64,000 bases of DNA. Origin: an uncultured Gammaproteobacteria bacterium (GTDB lineage Bacteria; Pseudomonadota; Gammaproteobacteria; Arenicellales; JAANXG01). Numbering within the stretch: position 1 is the stretch's first letter; the number at the start of each line of letters is the position of its first letter. Below are positions 55,570 through 64,000 of the stretch, in pieces. A program made the translations under genes and the position numbers. The stretch lies in contig CAVSUY010000027.1 in the NCBI GenBank assembly GCA_963731035.1, forward strand, positions 265,803 through 329,802. The letters run 5' to 3'. Under the pieces are notes generated by a model. The model did no database searches, was not told the DNA's origin, and worked only from the letters and a program-made list of their open reading frames with translations.

Positions 55570-56949
55570 TCAGTTGTTCTCGCGGGAGTCGTGATCGGAA
55601 GTGTCGGATTCCGAATCGGGCAGATACTTCTCGTCCACGATAATCCTGTCCCGCCCCGCCTGCTTGGCCCGGTACAGAGCCTTGTCCGCCCGATCGATGA
55701 AAGTCTGTACCGATTCGGCCCCGCCGTATACCGCCAGGCCGGCGGAGAAGCTCGGCACCGGAAGACGGGCGGTTCCATACACGCAGTGGGTGGCCGCAGC
55801 CTTGCTCCGCACCTTCCTGAAAGCGCGCAAAGCACCGTCCTGATCGGTGCTGGGCAGCAGTACCGCAAACTCTTCGCCCCCGTATCGGGCCACCATGTCG
55901 TAGCGCCGAAATATCGACAATATGTCCACGGTATAGGTGCGCAGTATCTCGTCTCCGACGTTGTGGCCGTATCGGTCGTTCATCTTCTTGAAATGGTCCA
56001 AATCAACCATTCCCAGCGTCAGCATGGACTTATCGCGCTGGGAACGTTCGATCTCCGCTTCGAGTCTTCTCAAAAAAGCGCGGCGATTGGGAAGCTGCGT
56101 CAATTCATCGGTGAGGCTCAACACGTGCACCTGGTTCAACTCGTTGCGCAGCTGCTCGTTGTTGTCGTCGACCTTGCTCAACAGTGAACGCGCTTCGTTC
56201 AACACCATGGTCAAGAGCCGCTGCGCGGAGACCAGGTCGTCCACCTCGCCCACGATACGGCGCCTGATGTCGTCCGCACCTTCGGCCTGCCCGACCTGCC
56301 TCAGCTTGTTCAGCAGGGACGCCAGGGAACCCGCGACCTTCTGTTGCTGGCGAGCGGCCTCGTCCACTTTTTCCGCGAGCGCTTCCTGTATCCTCTCCAT
56401 CTCCAGGCGCTGCTTGTCGAGGCGATGCCTGTATACCGACGTCACCTGTTGCTCGGCGGCGGCTTGGCTGGTCGGCTGCTTGGCCTCGGCGGCCTTCCAG
56501 GAAGGCGCGGATCCGGCTTCTCCCGTGCCGCCTTCCTCGTCGAGCAATGGCGCCAACGCCTCGCGAATCACGTCCTCGTCCACGGAGCCGATCTTGGCCA
56601 GGATCGCCGCAACGTTGGCCAGGTAAGCGTGCAGGGAAGTCAGCTCGTTCAGCGAGATCGGCGGGACCAGGCGCTGCTGCACGATCTGCAGCTCCAGATA
56701 CAGGCGTGAATCGCGAGGGAGCTGTCTCCGATAGGTCTCGATGAGGGTCAGCACCAGAGAGGCGTAAGCTCTGGTGATCCTGCTATGGGTCTGCTCGGTC
56801 TCGAGGATCAGTCGCTCTATCTGTTGGTACAGAACCGACCCGGACGGAGATTTCTTGAGCCCCCGAAGAAGGACTAGAAGCTTCCCGAACCCGTAACCGT
56901 CAATGACCTTCTTGTAGTGGCTTGATTGTTTTCGATCATCCTTTGCCAT
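55570..56949 (-). CDS. diguanylate cyclase (GGDEF) with an N-terminal coiled-coil/sensor region
   Basis: The GGDEF domain has an intact RYGGEEFAVLL active site and a DLDHFKKMND block. Confidence 0.85.
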   Translation of the reverse strand: MAKDDRKQSSHYKKVIDGYGFGKLLVLLRGLKKSPSGSVLYQQIERLILETEQTHSRITRAYASLVLTLIETYRRQLPRDSRLYLELQIVQQRLVPPISLNELTSLHAYLANVAAILAKIGSVDEDVIREALAPLLDEEGGTGEAGSAPSWKAAEAKQPTSQAAAEQQVTSVYRHRLDKQRLEMERIQEALAEKVDEAARQQQKVAGSLASLLNKLRQVGQAEGADDIRRRIVGEVDDLVSAQRLLTMVLNEARSLLSKVDDNNEQLRNELNQVHVLSLTDELTQLPNRRAFLRRLEAEIERSQRDKSMLTLGMVDLDHFKKMNDRYGHNVGDEILRTYTVDILSIFRRYDMVARYGGEEFAVLLPSTDQDGALRAFRKVRSKAAATHCVYGTARLPVPSFSAGLAVYGGAESVQTFIDRADKALYRAKQAGRDRIIVDEKYLPDSESDTSDHDSRENN

Positions 56950-57166
56950 TCATATGCCCCTTCCCCTAGTTGCATACGCTGCGCCCAGCGTCGCCGGTGT
57001 TCCTTGTTCTCCAACCTCCCCGCCGCACTTTGTCATATTTTGGACCCACGATACAAATACTATAATTCAGTGCACAAAGTCCTTATAAAGTATTGAAAAA
57101 CATACCGTAACAATAATCGTCGTGAGCGCTGGCCAAGGCGATCACCGACCTGGCCGCGTGCACGCC

Positions 57167-57826
57167 CTAGGTTCCAGCGGCGGAATCGAATACTCCGACC
57201 AAGGTATCAAGTAGATCCTCGTCGGCGTGCACGAGCGCGTCCCGCGTCGCATCCGCCACCCCGAGCATCGTCAGCAGCCCCAACGCCGCAAGCCAGGCGG
57301 TATACGCGAGGCGGCGCTTTCGAGCGCGTTCGACCTTGCTTGCCGAAGACTTCGCAAGTCGGGTTTCCAGTATATCGAACAGGCCTCGCGTTCGCGGATT
57401 GATCTCGTCACGCAGCACATCCGCGTCCAGAATCGCCGCCGATACCGGATACAGCTGTGACTGACAGTACACGGCTCTGAATGCGTCGAGACGACCGATG
57501 TAGTGGCGGTAAAAAGCGCGAATCAGAGCCCCGAGAACCCGGGCATCCGATTCCTCGCGCTCAACCGCGGCCACGAGGACTCCCACTTCCTCGTCCAGCA
57601 GGGTAACCACCAGACTCCGTACCAGGGCTTCCTTCGATGGGAAGTAGTGATAAAGAGCCTGCTTGGTCAAGCCGAGCTTCCCGGCAACCGAGCCCAGGGT
57701 CACCGCTTCGACACCGCCCTCGCGCAGAATCTCCCGTGAGGCTTCGAGGATTTCCTGCCGGCTGCGTTCCCGCTTCCGGCTGACGCGCTGCGAAGGCTGT
57801 CGTTTTCCTGATTTCTTCGTGGGCAT
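57167..57826 (-). CDS. TetR-family transcriptional regulator
   Basis: HTH segment ILEASREILREGGVEAVTLGSVAGKLGLTKQALYHYFPSKEAL. It is divergent from the MAPEG gene across an AT-rich 101-bp spacer. Confidence 0.85.
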   Translation of the reverse strand: MPTKKSGKRQPSQRVSRKRERSRQEILEASREILREGGVEAVTLGSVAGKLGLTKQALYHYFPSKEALVRSLVVTLLDEEVGVLVAAVEREESDARVLGALIRAFYRHYIGRLDAFRAVYCQSQLYPVSAAILDADVLRDEINPRTRGLFDILETRLAKSSASKVERARKRRLAYTAWLAALGLLTMLGVADATRDALVHADEDLLDTLVGVFDSAAGT

Positions 57827-57927
57827 GGAGATATATTTTAATATTGTTCAAATATTTTAACTATGTTAGATTCTTTTCTCAAGATGTATCAAGAGATTCA
57901 ACGATCACACACCTGGAGAGCCATGCC

Positions 57928-58401
57928 ATGCCCACCACCCATGCAATCCTCAGCATCGACAACCCGGTCTTTTGTACCTACGCGCTTGCCGCCAGCATCA
58001 TGATTCTCAAGCTCATGCTGCAACCCTGGATGACGGTAGTGCGAATGCTGAAGGTCAGCAGCGGATTCCGCAGCCCCGAAGACCTCAAGAAAAGCCCGGT
58101 CAATCCGCATCCTGCGGAGACGCAGCTGGAGGTCAACGAGTACGTGGACCGGTCACGCCGGATAAACCTCAACGACCTCGAAAGTATTCCCGGCTTCCTT
58201 GCAGCCGGACTGCTGTTCGTCCTGGTCAATCCGCCCCTGCTCCTTGCCCAGATCCTGATCTGGCTCTACGTCGGCTCGCGCGCCGCACATTTCGTCGCCT
58301 ATATGACAGCCCAGCTCCACGACATCCGCGCCTTCTGTTGGACATGGGGCTCGCTGTCGGTGATCGTCATGGCAGGCTATACCCTCGTGCGGCTATTGTA
58401 G
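57928..58401 (+). CDS. MAPEG-family (microsomal glutathione S-transferase-like) membrane protein
   Basis: About 157 aa with four TM helices and the RAAHFVAY and NDLESIPGFL blocks typical of MGST1-like MAPEG proteins. Confidence 0.65.
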   Translation: MPTTHAILSIDNPVFCTYALAASIMILKLMLQPWMTVVRMLKVSSGFRSPEDLKKSPVNPHPAETQLEVNEYVDRSRRINLNDLESIPGFLAAGLLFVLVNPPLLLAQILIWLYVGSRAAHFVAYMTAQLHDIRAFCWTWGSLSVIVMAGYTLVRLL

Positions 58402-58746
58402 GCCGGCCGGTGCGCGTGTCGTACCGCTCGAAGGCCGCAACCATATCCTGATGGAGAGCGAAAAGGCCGGAAGATATCCAAGAAAACTCCCAACAATCGG
58501 GACGCCGGCCTCTTGCGGTGGCTTGGTCATTCCCGCAATATCTGCCCATCGCAACTCGCGTCGACGAGGTGCCACCATGGCCCGGGTCCCGAATAGTCAG
58601 GTCAGGCGGCGCCAGGATCCCCTGCGCGAGCGATACCGGACCGCCGGAACGGAGAGGTCTGGTCGGTCAAGGGCGCACGAAGCTTCCACGCTGGCGGCCT
58701 CTGAGTACACCGCCTGTGTCACCGAATCCATCCACGGAGAATCATC

Positions 58747-58899
58747 ATGAGCACTGCCGGGCAACATGCCACAACCAGCAGCCCGTCGGTCCCCGCGCGC
58801 GCCGCCGCTGTTGTCTACGCGCTTGCTACATACCTCTACCGCAGCTACAAACGCGCCGTTCCGATGATCGTGCCTCTCCGCGGCAAGCGCGGCCGGTAG
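58747..58899 (+). CDS. candidate 50-aa small membrane protein (below the ORF-track cut-off)
   Basis: A GGAGA sits 6 nt before the ATG. The translation is MSTAGQHATTSSPSVPARAAAVVYALATYLYRSYKRAVPMIVPLRGKRGR. Third-position GC is about 78% by hand count, similar to neighbouring genes. A strong hairpin follows. Confidence 0.25.
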   Translation: MSTAGQHATTSSPSVPARAAAVVYALATYLYRSYKRAVPMIVPLRGKRGR

Positions 58900-58917
58900 C
58901 GAGGTCCGGGGTACTTC

Positions 58918-58943
58918 CCCAGGCGCGCTTTCGCGCGCTTGGG
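58918..58943 (+). terminator. GC-rich hairpin (11-bp stem, tttc loop) after the small ORF
   Basis: cccaggcgcgc-tttc-gcgcgcttggg has one G-U position. The downstream tract is only moderately T-rich. Confidence 0.3.
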
Positions 58944-59065
58944 AAAGTGGTTTACAATTTCGGTTCCCATCGTGGAATGCCAGGGACCTGAATCCTCGCG
59001 CGCCCTTGCCGTGCGGCGCGGATGACCACGGCACCGCAACCCCGCGCGGCCTCGCTGATAACAAC

Positions 59066-60568
59066 ATGAGCATCGAGATCACCGGAAAGGACCTGACCGT
59101 CCAGGCCGTGGTGAGCATCGCCCGCGCCGGTGAAAACGTGGTGCTCTCCACCGAAGCGCGCCGGGCGGTGGAATCCTGTCACGAATTCCTGCGCGCGTTG
59201 ATGGACAGCGGACACCCGATCTACGGCGTGACCACCGGATTTGGGGCGCTCAGCACCACGGGCGTCAACGCCCGCGACAACGTCGCGGCCCAGGAAAATA
59301 TTCTGCGCAGCCATTCGTCCGGCGTCGGCGAACCGATGTCCGCCGAGGCGGTGCGGGCCATGATGGCGCTGCGCGCCAACGTGCTGGCCACCGGCATGGT
59401 GGGCGTGCGCCCGGTGACGCTGGACGCACTCATCGCCATGCTCAACGCCGGCGTCGTCCCCTACGTGCCCGAACGGGGCTCGGTGGGGGCGTGCGGGGAC
59501 CTCGCGCCGTTGTCCCATATGGCGCTGCCCCTTATTCCCGACGGCCGCGCCTGGTACGAGGACGAGCTCCTGCCCGGCGCCGTGGCCCTGCGCCGCGCCG
59601 GAATCGAGCCACCCGGCGTGGCGGATCGCGACGGTCTGGCCCTCAACAACGGCACCGAGCAGACCACCGCGGTGGCGGCCCTGGCCGTCGCCGACGCCGC
59701 GCGGACACTGGCCGCGGCCGAGGCGACGGCCGCCATGACCCTGGAAGCGCTGGGAGCCGTATCCGACTCTTTCGACGAGCGGGTGGCGCTGGCGAAACCC
59801 CATCCCGGACAGATGGAGACCTCCCGGCGCCTGGGCGAGCTCACCCACGGCAGCGAGTTGGTGCTGCCGCCGGGTCCCGGCCACCTTCGGGACGCGCTCT
59901 CCCTGCGTTGCATCCCGCAGGTCATCGGCGCCGCGCGCGACACCTTGGAGATGGCGACACGGACCCTGGAGGTGGAAATCAACGCCGCCAACGACAACCC
60001 GATCTTCGATGTGAGCGGCGGCTGGGTGACGAGCAACTCGGGCAACTTCCACGGCCAGCGGGTCGGCGAGATCTGCGATTTTCTGGCTATCTCGCTCACC
60101 TCGGTGGCGGTGATCAGCGAGCGGCGCTCGGCCAAGCTGCTGGACGACCACCACAACAACGGGCTGCCGAAGTTCCTGGTCCATCCCCGGGCCAAGGCCG
60201 GCGTGAACAACGGTTTCATGATCCCGCAATACACGGCCGCGAGCCTGATCGCGGAGCTGCGCAAGAACGCCGCGCCCGCGAGTATCCAGTCGGTTCCCGT
60301 CGGTCTCGATACCGAAGACCATGTGCCCATGGCACCCGTCGCCGCACGCCACCTGGCGTGGGCGGTGGATACGGTGGAGACCATCGTCGCCATCGAGCTG
60401 CTGCTGGCCTGCCAGGGCCTGGACCTGCGCGAGAGGAAACCCGGTCCGCGCGTGCACGCTCTGCACGAAGCCGTCCGTAACCGGGTCCCGGTAATGATCG
60501 ACGACCGAGTGATCGCCGGCGACATCGCGGCAGTGAAGCAGCTGGTGCATCGAGGAGAGATCATATGA
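59066..60568 (+). CDS. hutH: histidine ammonia-lyase family enzyme with an Ala-Cys-Gly MIO triad
   Basis: YGVTTGFG, RSHSSGVG (Ser-His selectivity pair as in HAL), GSVGACGDLAPLSH and QEDHVSM-like TEDHVPM blocks are present. Confidence 0.85.
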   Translation: MSIEITGKDLTVQAVVSIARAGENVVLSTEARRAVESCHEFLRALMDSGHPIYGVTTGFGALSTTGVNARDNVAAQENILRSHSSGVGEPMSAEAVRAMMALRANVLATGMVGVRPVTLDALIAMLNAGVVPYVPERGSVGACGDLAPLSHMALPLIPDGRAWYEDELLPGAVALRRAGIEPPGVADRDGLALNNGTEQTTAVAALAVADAARTLAAAEATAAMTLEALGAVSDSFDERVALAKPHPGQMETSRRLGELTHGSELVLPPGPGHLRDALSLRCIPQVIGAARDTLEMATRTLEVEINAANDNPIFDVSGGWVTSNSGNFHGQRVGEICDFLAISLTSVAVISERRSAKLLDDHHNNGLPKFLVHPRAKAGVNNGFMIPQYTAASLIAELRKNAAPASIQSVPVGLDTEDHVPMAPVAARHLAWAVDTVETIVAIELLLACQGLDLRERKPGPRVHALHEAVRNRVPVMIDDRVIAGDIAAVKQLVHRGEII

Positions 60569-60656
60569 GCCGTCCCCGGCGCGCCGCGCGGGTTCGCAGG
60601 CGCGCGGGCCGTGGCCGGTCCTTTTCCAACAACCTTAGCTCCATCAGGAGGACGAT

Positions 60657-61826
60657 ATGAAAGCACGACGAGTCATGCGCCGGTTTCTACTCTCCACGGC
60701 GTTGGTCGCCGTCGCCGCGTTCGGCGGCACGGCTTCCGCCCAGGATACGCTCAAGATCGGCTTCTTCTCCCCGCAAACCGGCTTCGCCGGCGCCGACGGC
60801 GTGTCGGCGCTGCACGGCGCCCAGATTGCGGTGGACTTCATCAACGACGCCGGTGGTCTGATGGGCAAGAAGGTCGAGCTCGTCAGCTACGACGATGCCA
60901 GCAAACCGGACCAGGCGGCCAACGTGGCGCAGAAGCTCACCCAGAGCGACCGGGTACCGGTGGCGGTCAGCGGCTCGTACTCATTCCTGACCCGGCCCGC
61001 CGCCGCCATCTTTCAGCGTGCCAAAACGCCGCTGATGACGGCCTACGCGGTGCACCCGCAGATCACCGCCACCGGCAACTACATCTTTGCCACCAGCCTG
61101 CCGGCGGCCGAGGAAGGCGCGGCAGCGGCTTGGACCGTAGCCAAGGTAATGAAGAAGAAGAGGGTCGCCCTGGTGACCATGGACAACGACGCCGGTACCT
61201 CCCTGGCCGCTGCCTTCAGGAAGGAAGCCGGAACCCTCGGCCTCGATATCCTGACCGAGGAAAAATACTCACTGGACGACAAGGACCTGCGCCCAATCCT
61301 GAACCGCATCAAGGGCATGAACCCAGACGTGATCTACGCCAACGGCTATTACGACAACGCCGCGCTCTTGGTGAACCAGCGCCAGGAGCTGGGCATCGAC
61401 ATTCCGGTGCTGGGAATGGAAGGCTTCGATTCACCCAAATTCATCGAGTTGTCCAAGCCGGGCGCGGCCGAGGGCACGATGCTCACCACGGCACTTGACC
61501 GCGACAGCAAGAACCCTCTGGTGCAGAAGTTCATTACCCGGTTCCAGAAGCAGTACAACATCGCGCCGGACATGGTGGGCGCGTCATCCTTCGACGCCGT
61601 GACCATACTCGCGGAAGCGATCAAACGCGCCAACTCAACCGATGCCGACGCCGTGGTTAAGGCACTGCATGGAATCGACAACTTTGACGGCGTGGTGACC
61701 GGACCTTTCTATGGCTTCACCGACGACGGCCAGGTTATCAAGCCTTCGGTGGTGCAGATCGTGAAGAACGGAGCGTTTCACCACTACGCCGTTATCGACG
61801 ATCCGGCCATCCGCATGATGCACTGA
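60657..61826 (+). CDS. ABC transporter periplasmic substrate-binding protein (LivJ/LivK family)
   Basis: An aggagg Shine-Dalgarno precedes the start. It has a signal peptide ending ASA-QD and type I PBP blocks (KIGFFSPQTG, YDDASKP). Confidence 0.85.
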   Translation: MKARRVMRRFLLSTALVAVAAFGGTASAQDTLKIGFFSPQTGFAGADGVSALHGAQIAVDFINDAGGLMGKKVELVSYDDASKPDQAANVAQKLTQSDRVPVAVSGSYSFLTRPAAAIFQRAKTPLMTAYAVHPQITATGNYIFATSLPAAEEGAAAAWTVAKVMKKKRVALVTMDNDAGTSLAAAFRKEAGTLGLDILTEEKYSLDDKDLRPILNRIKGMNPDVIYANGYYDNAALLVNQRQELGIDIPVLGMEGFDSPKFIELSKPGAAEGTMLTTALDRDSKNPLVQKFITRFQKQYNIAPDMVGASSFDAVTILAEAIKRANSTDADAVVKALHGIDNFDGVVTGPFYGFTDDGQVIKPSVVQIVKNGAFHHYAVIDDPAIRMMH

Positions 61827-61856
61827 GGACGTCTTGACCTCCTCACGAGCCGGGAC

Positions 61857-62744
61857 GTGACCGTGTCCGGGCTGGGTCCGACCATTGCCAACATCCTGGT
61901 GACCGGCAGCGTCTACACGCTCATCGCCATCGGCCTCACCATGGTGTACGGGATGCTGCGCATCCTGCACATCGCCCACGCGGGGGTGTACGCCGTCGGG
62001 GCGATGGTCGGGTTGTTCGTGTTCAACGCCCTCCCCGTCGGTTTCTGGCCCGCCGCCCTGGCGGCAGTGGTCGCCTCGGGTCTGCTCGGGGTGCTCATCT
62101 ATCATCTGGCTTACCGCTGGGTGTTGAGCGCCCCGCGCGGTACCCCGCTCATCGTCAGCATCGGGATCTTCATCGCCCTGCAGGCGCTGATGGAGCGTCC
62201 GTTTCTGCTGGGTCCCACCACCCAAAGCTTCGATGCCGACGTCGGCCTGCCCACATTCGACGCCGGCGGCGCGTTTCAGCTCACCCCGGCGCAGCTCGCC
62301 ATCGTACTGGCCACGTCCGCCTGCGGTCTGGCGGTTTGGTACGTACTCAATCGCACCGTGCTTGGTCTCTCCTGGCGCGCCCTGTCCGAGGATCAGAACA
62401 TGGCGCGCTCCCTGGGAGTATCCACGGGGCGCGCAGTGTCCCTCAATATGTTCCTGGGCTCGGCCATGGCCGGGCTGGCCGGCGTGCTGATTGCGGTATA
62501 CCAGAACGGTGTCAACGCCCATATGGGTGAAGTCGTGGCCTACAAAGCCTTCGTAGTGGTGGTGCTGGGGGGCCTGGGGAGCGTCGGTGGAGCCGCCGCC
62601 GCGGCCTTCATTCTGGCCGCCGTGGAGATCCTGATCTCGACCTACCTGGGGAGCCTGTTTCCGCGCGACGCCATCGGCTTCGCGGTGCTGATCCTCATCC
62701 TGCTGTTCATGCCGCGCGGTCTGCTCGGCAAGAGCCTCGACTGA
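61857..62744 (+). CDS. branched-chain amino acid ABC permease (LivH family)
   Basis: 295 aa, polytopic, with LivH-type blocks (HIAHAGVYAVGAM, VVLGGLGS). Confidence 0.85.
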   Translation: MTVSGLGPTIANILVTGSVYTLIAIGLTMVYGMLRILHIAHAGVYAVGAMVGLFVFNALPVGFWPAALAAVVASGLLGVLIYHLAYRWVLSAPRGTPLIVSIGIFIALQALMERPFLLGPTTQSFDADVGLPTFDAGGAFQLTPAQLAIVLATSACGLAVWYVLNRTVLGLSWRALSEDQNMARSLGVSTGRAVSLNMFLGSAMAGLAGVLIAVYQNGVNAHMGEVVAYKAFVVVVLGGLGSVGGAAAAAFILAAVEILISTYLGSLFPRDAIGFAVLILILLFMPRGLLGKSLD

Positions 62745-62765
62745 CCGCCGCCCCGGCCGCCTCCC

Positions 62766-63662
62766 GTGGACGCCTATCTCGTTTCGGTGCTCACCTTCAT
62801 TGTCATCTGGACGATGATGGCGATGTCGTTGAACCTGCTGGTGGGCTACGCCGGACAGGTGTCCCTCGGGCATGCCGCCTTTTTCGGTATAGGCGCCTAC
62901 ACCGAAGCAGTGTGCACAGTGAACGTTCCGATGCCTTTCCCGATGGACCTGGTGATGTCGGTGCTGGTAAGCGCCGCCATTGGCGGACTGCTGGGTCTGC
63001 CGGCCTTGCGGGTGCGCCACGATTTCCTGGTGCTGGCCACCATCGGCATCAACTTCATCGTGGTGGCTATCTTCCGATACACGCCGGCTCTGGGCGGCGC
63101 GCTCGGTATCGTCGGTATTCCGCCTTTCGAGGTGGGCGGGGTCGAGTTCCTGGGTCTCAACATGCTGCTGCTCACGCTGGGTCTCGCGGTGCTGCTGTTC
63201 ATCGGCCAATGGCTGCTGCTCAGGAGCTGGTTCGGCCTGCGACTCATGGCCATTCGTGAGGACGAGGATGCCGCCGCCGCCATGGGCATCAATACCGCAT
63301 CCACCAAGATCTGGGCCTTTGTCATCGCCGCTGCGGCGGCGGGGCTGGCGGGCGCTTTCTATGCGCGCCAGCTCGGCAGCGTGTTTCCCGACAATTTCGG
63401 CTTCATCGAGTCGGTGAGCGTGCTGACCATGGTGGTTCTGGGGGGGCCGGGCACCCTCATCGGACCGGTGATCGGGGCCGTGATCATTGCCGGGATGCCG
63501 GAGTATCTGCGGCCAATCAGGGAATGGCGCTATGTAATCTACGGCATCATCCTGGTACTGCTCATGATCTTCGAACCTCAGGGCCTGTTCGGTCGTGGCA
63601 GCCATCTGCGGGTCTGGCTCTCAACGCTCGTCGGGGTACGCATGAAGAGAGACGCGGCGTGA
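62766..63662 (+). CDS. branched-chain amino acid ABC permease (LivM family)
   Basis: 298 aa with [16 protein letters not shown] and VVLGGPGT blocks. Confidence 0.85.
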   Translation: MDAYLVSVLTFIVIWTMMAMSLNLLVGYAGQVSLGHAAFFGIGAYTEAVCTVNVPMPFPMDLVMSVLVSAAIGGLLGLPALRVRHDFLVLATIGINFIVVAIFRYTPALGGALGIVGIPPFEVGGVEFLGLNMLLLTLGLAVLLFIGQWLLLRSWFGLRLMAIREDEDAAAAMGINTASTKIWAFVIAAAAAGLAGAFYARQLGSVFPDNFGFIESVSVLTMVVLGGPGTLIGPVIGAVIIAGMPEYLRPIREWRYVIYGIILVLLMIFEPQGLFGRGSHLRVWLSTLVGVRMKRDAA

Positions 63663-64000
63663 TGGCGGACACCCTGCTCGCAGCACACGCGATTTCCAAG
63701 CATTTCGGGGGCCTGGAAGCCTTGTCAGGTGTGGATTTCGAGATCGGCCGCGGCGAGATCCTGGGGCTGATTGGTCCCAACGGTGCCGGTAAGAGCACCT
63801 TGTTCAACTGTATCGCCGGGGCTCTGCCCGTCACCGGCGGACGGATCGTGTTCGAGGGTCGTGAGCTGTCCCGGCGGCCGGCCGCCAGCCGTGCCCGCCT
63901 GGGGATAGGACGCACCTTCCAGCTCGGCAAGCTGTTCACGGAGCTCAGCGTGATCGAAAACGTGATCATGGGGCTCGGCATCGGCGCCTATGGATCGTTG
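63662..64000 (+). CDS. ABC transporter ATP-binding protein (LivG family), 5' part only
   Basis: Hand translation from the ATG at 63662 (ATGA overlap with the LivM stop) gives [49 protein letters not shown], which contains a Walker A motif. The gene runs off the window. Confidence 0.8.
   Translation, partial: MADTLLAAHAISKHFGGLEALSGVDFEIGRGEILGLIGPNGAGKSTLFNCIAGALPVTGGRIVFEGRELSRRPAASRARLGIGRTFQLGKLFTELSVIENVIMGLGIGAYGSL

Noticed and set aside
58555-58615. Resemblance to a guanidine-III (ykkC-III) riboswitch
   Set aside because: GACGAGGUGC, CCCGG, GUCAGG and GGCGC occur in the same order as in the roughly 41-nt motif I remember. However, there is a roughly 12-nt insertion and no 5' CCGG to form the pseudoknot. 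Nothing downstream resembles a Gdx/SugE-type or other guanidine-related gene. It would need a covariance-model scan (Rfam) to revive.
61635-63605. 656-aa ORF antisense to the LivH/LivM permease genes
   Set aside because: Its composition is His/Arg/Gly/Asp-rich and low complexity. It spans two well-supported plus-strand permease genes, so it is a high-GC shadow ORF.
1-64000. Scan of intergenic regions for tRNA, rRNA and known riboswitch cores
   Set aside because: No cloverleaf-compatible segments or rRNA-like stretches were noticed in any gap longer than 70 bp. This was a visual scan only, and tRNAscan/Infernal would be decisive.

Overview
High-GC (about 65-70% by eye) proteobacterial chromosomal segment, densely coding, mostly transport and catabolic genes. 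No rRNA, tRNA or CRISPR array was found. All family calls come from reading motifs in the supplied translations; no database search was run.

Gene content in order:
- A DevBCA-like tripartite ABC exporter, followed by cyclophilin, a cyclase-fold protein, PsiE, an SDR, an ArsB/NhaD-type permease and a GST.
- A frameshifted selO.
- An unassigned five-gene operon (APC permease, nucleotidyltransferase-fold protein, metallophosphoesterase, GS-like ligase, DUF1116) next to a divergent TetR and formamidase pair.
- A P19 plus polyferredoxin iron-uptake pair with a candidate Fur box, and yajD.
- A large carnitine/gamma-butyrobetaine catabolic cluster (cdhR, BKACE, L-carnitine dehydrogenase, ACAD, ADP-forming acyl-CoA synthetase, CaiD-like hydratase, thioesterase, permease), then coxG.
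- A tungsten aldehyde:ferredoxin oxidoreductase operon of the AorABCDE type, facing a convergent operon (short XdhC, SufS'-'SufU chimera, MoeA).
- Then BCAT, TauD, a GGDEF protein, TetR and MAPEG, a histidine ammonia-lyase with an Ala-Cys-Gly MIO triad, and the start of a Liv-type ABC importer.

The most striking structure is a 10,880-bp segment of visibly lower GC at 35123..46002.
- It is bounded by perfect 270-bp direct repeats (34853..35122 and 46003..46272) that duplicate the coxG 5' end and its upstream region.
- It carries two IS91-family transposase 3' remnants bracketing an archaic Csu/SCPU-type chaperone-usher pilus operon.
- It also carries a 1296-aa multi-PAS/GAF protein with a degenerate GGDEF domain and an intact EAL domain, plus a mosaic of gene scraps at its right edge.
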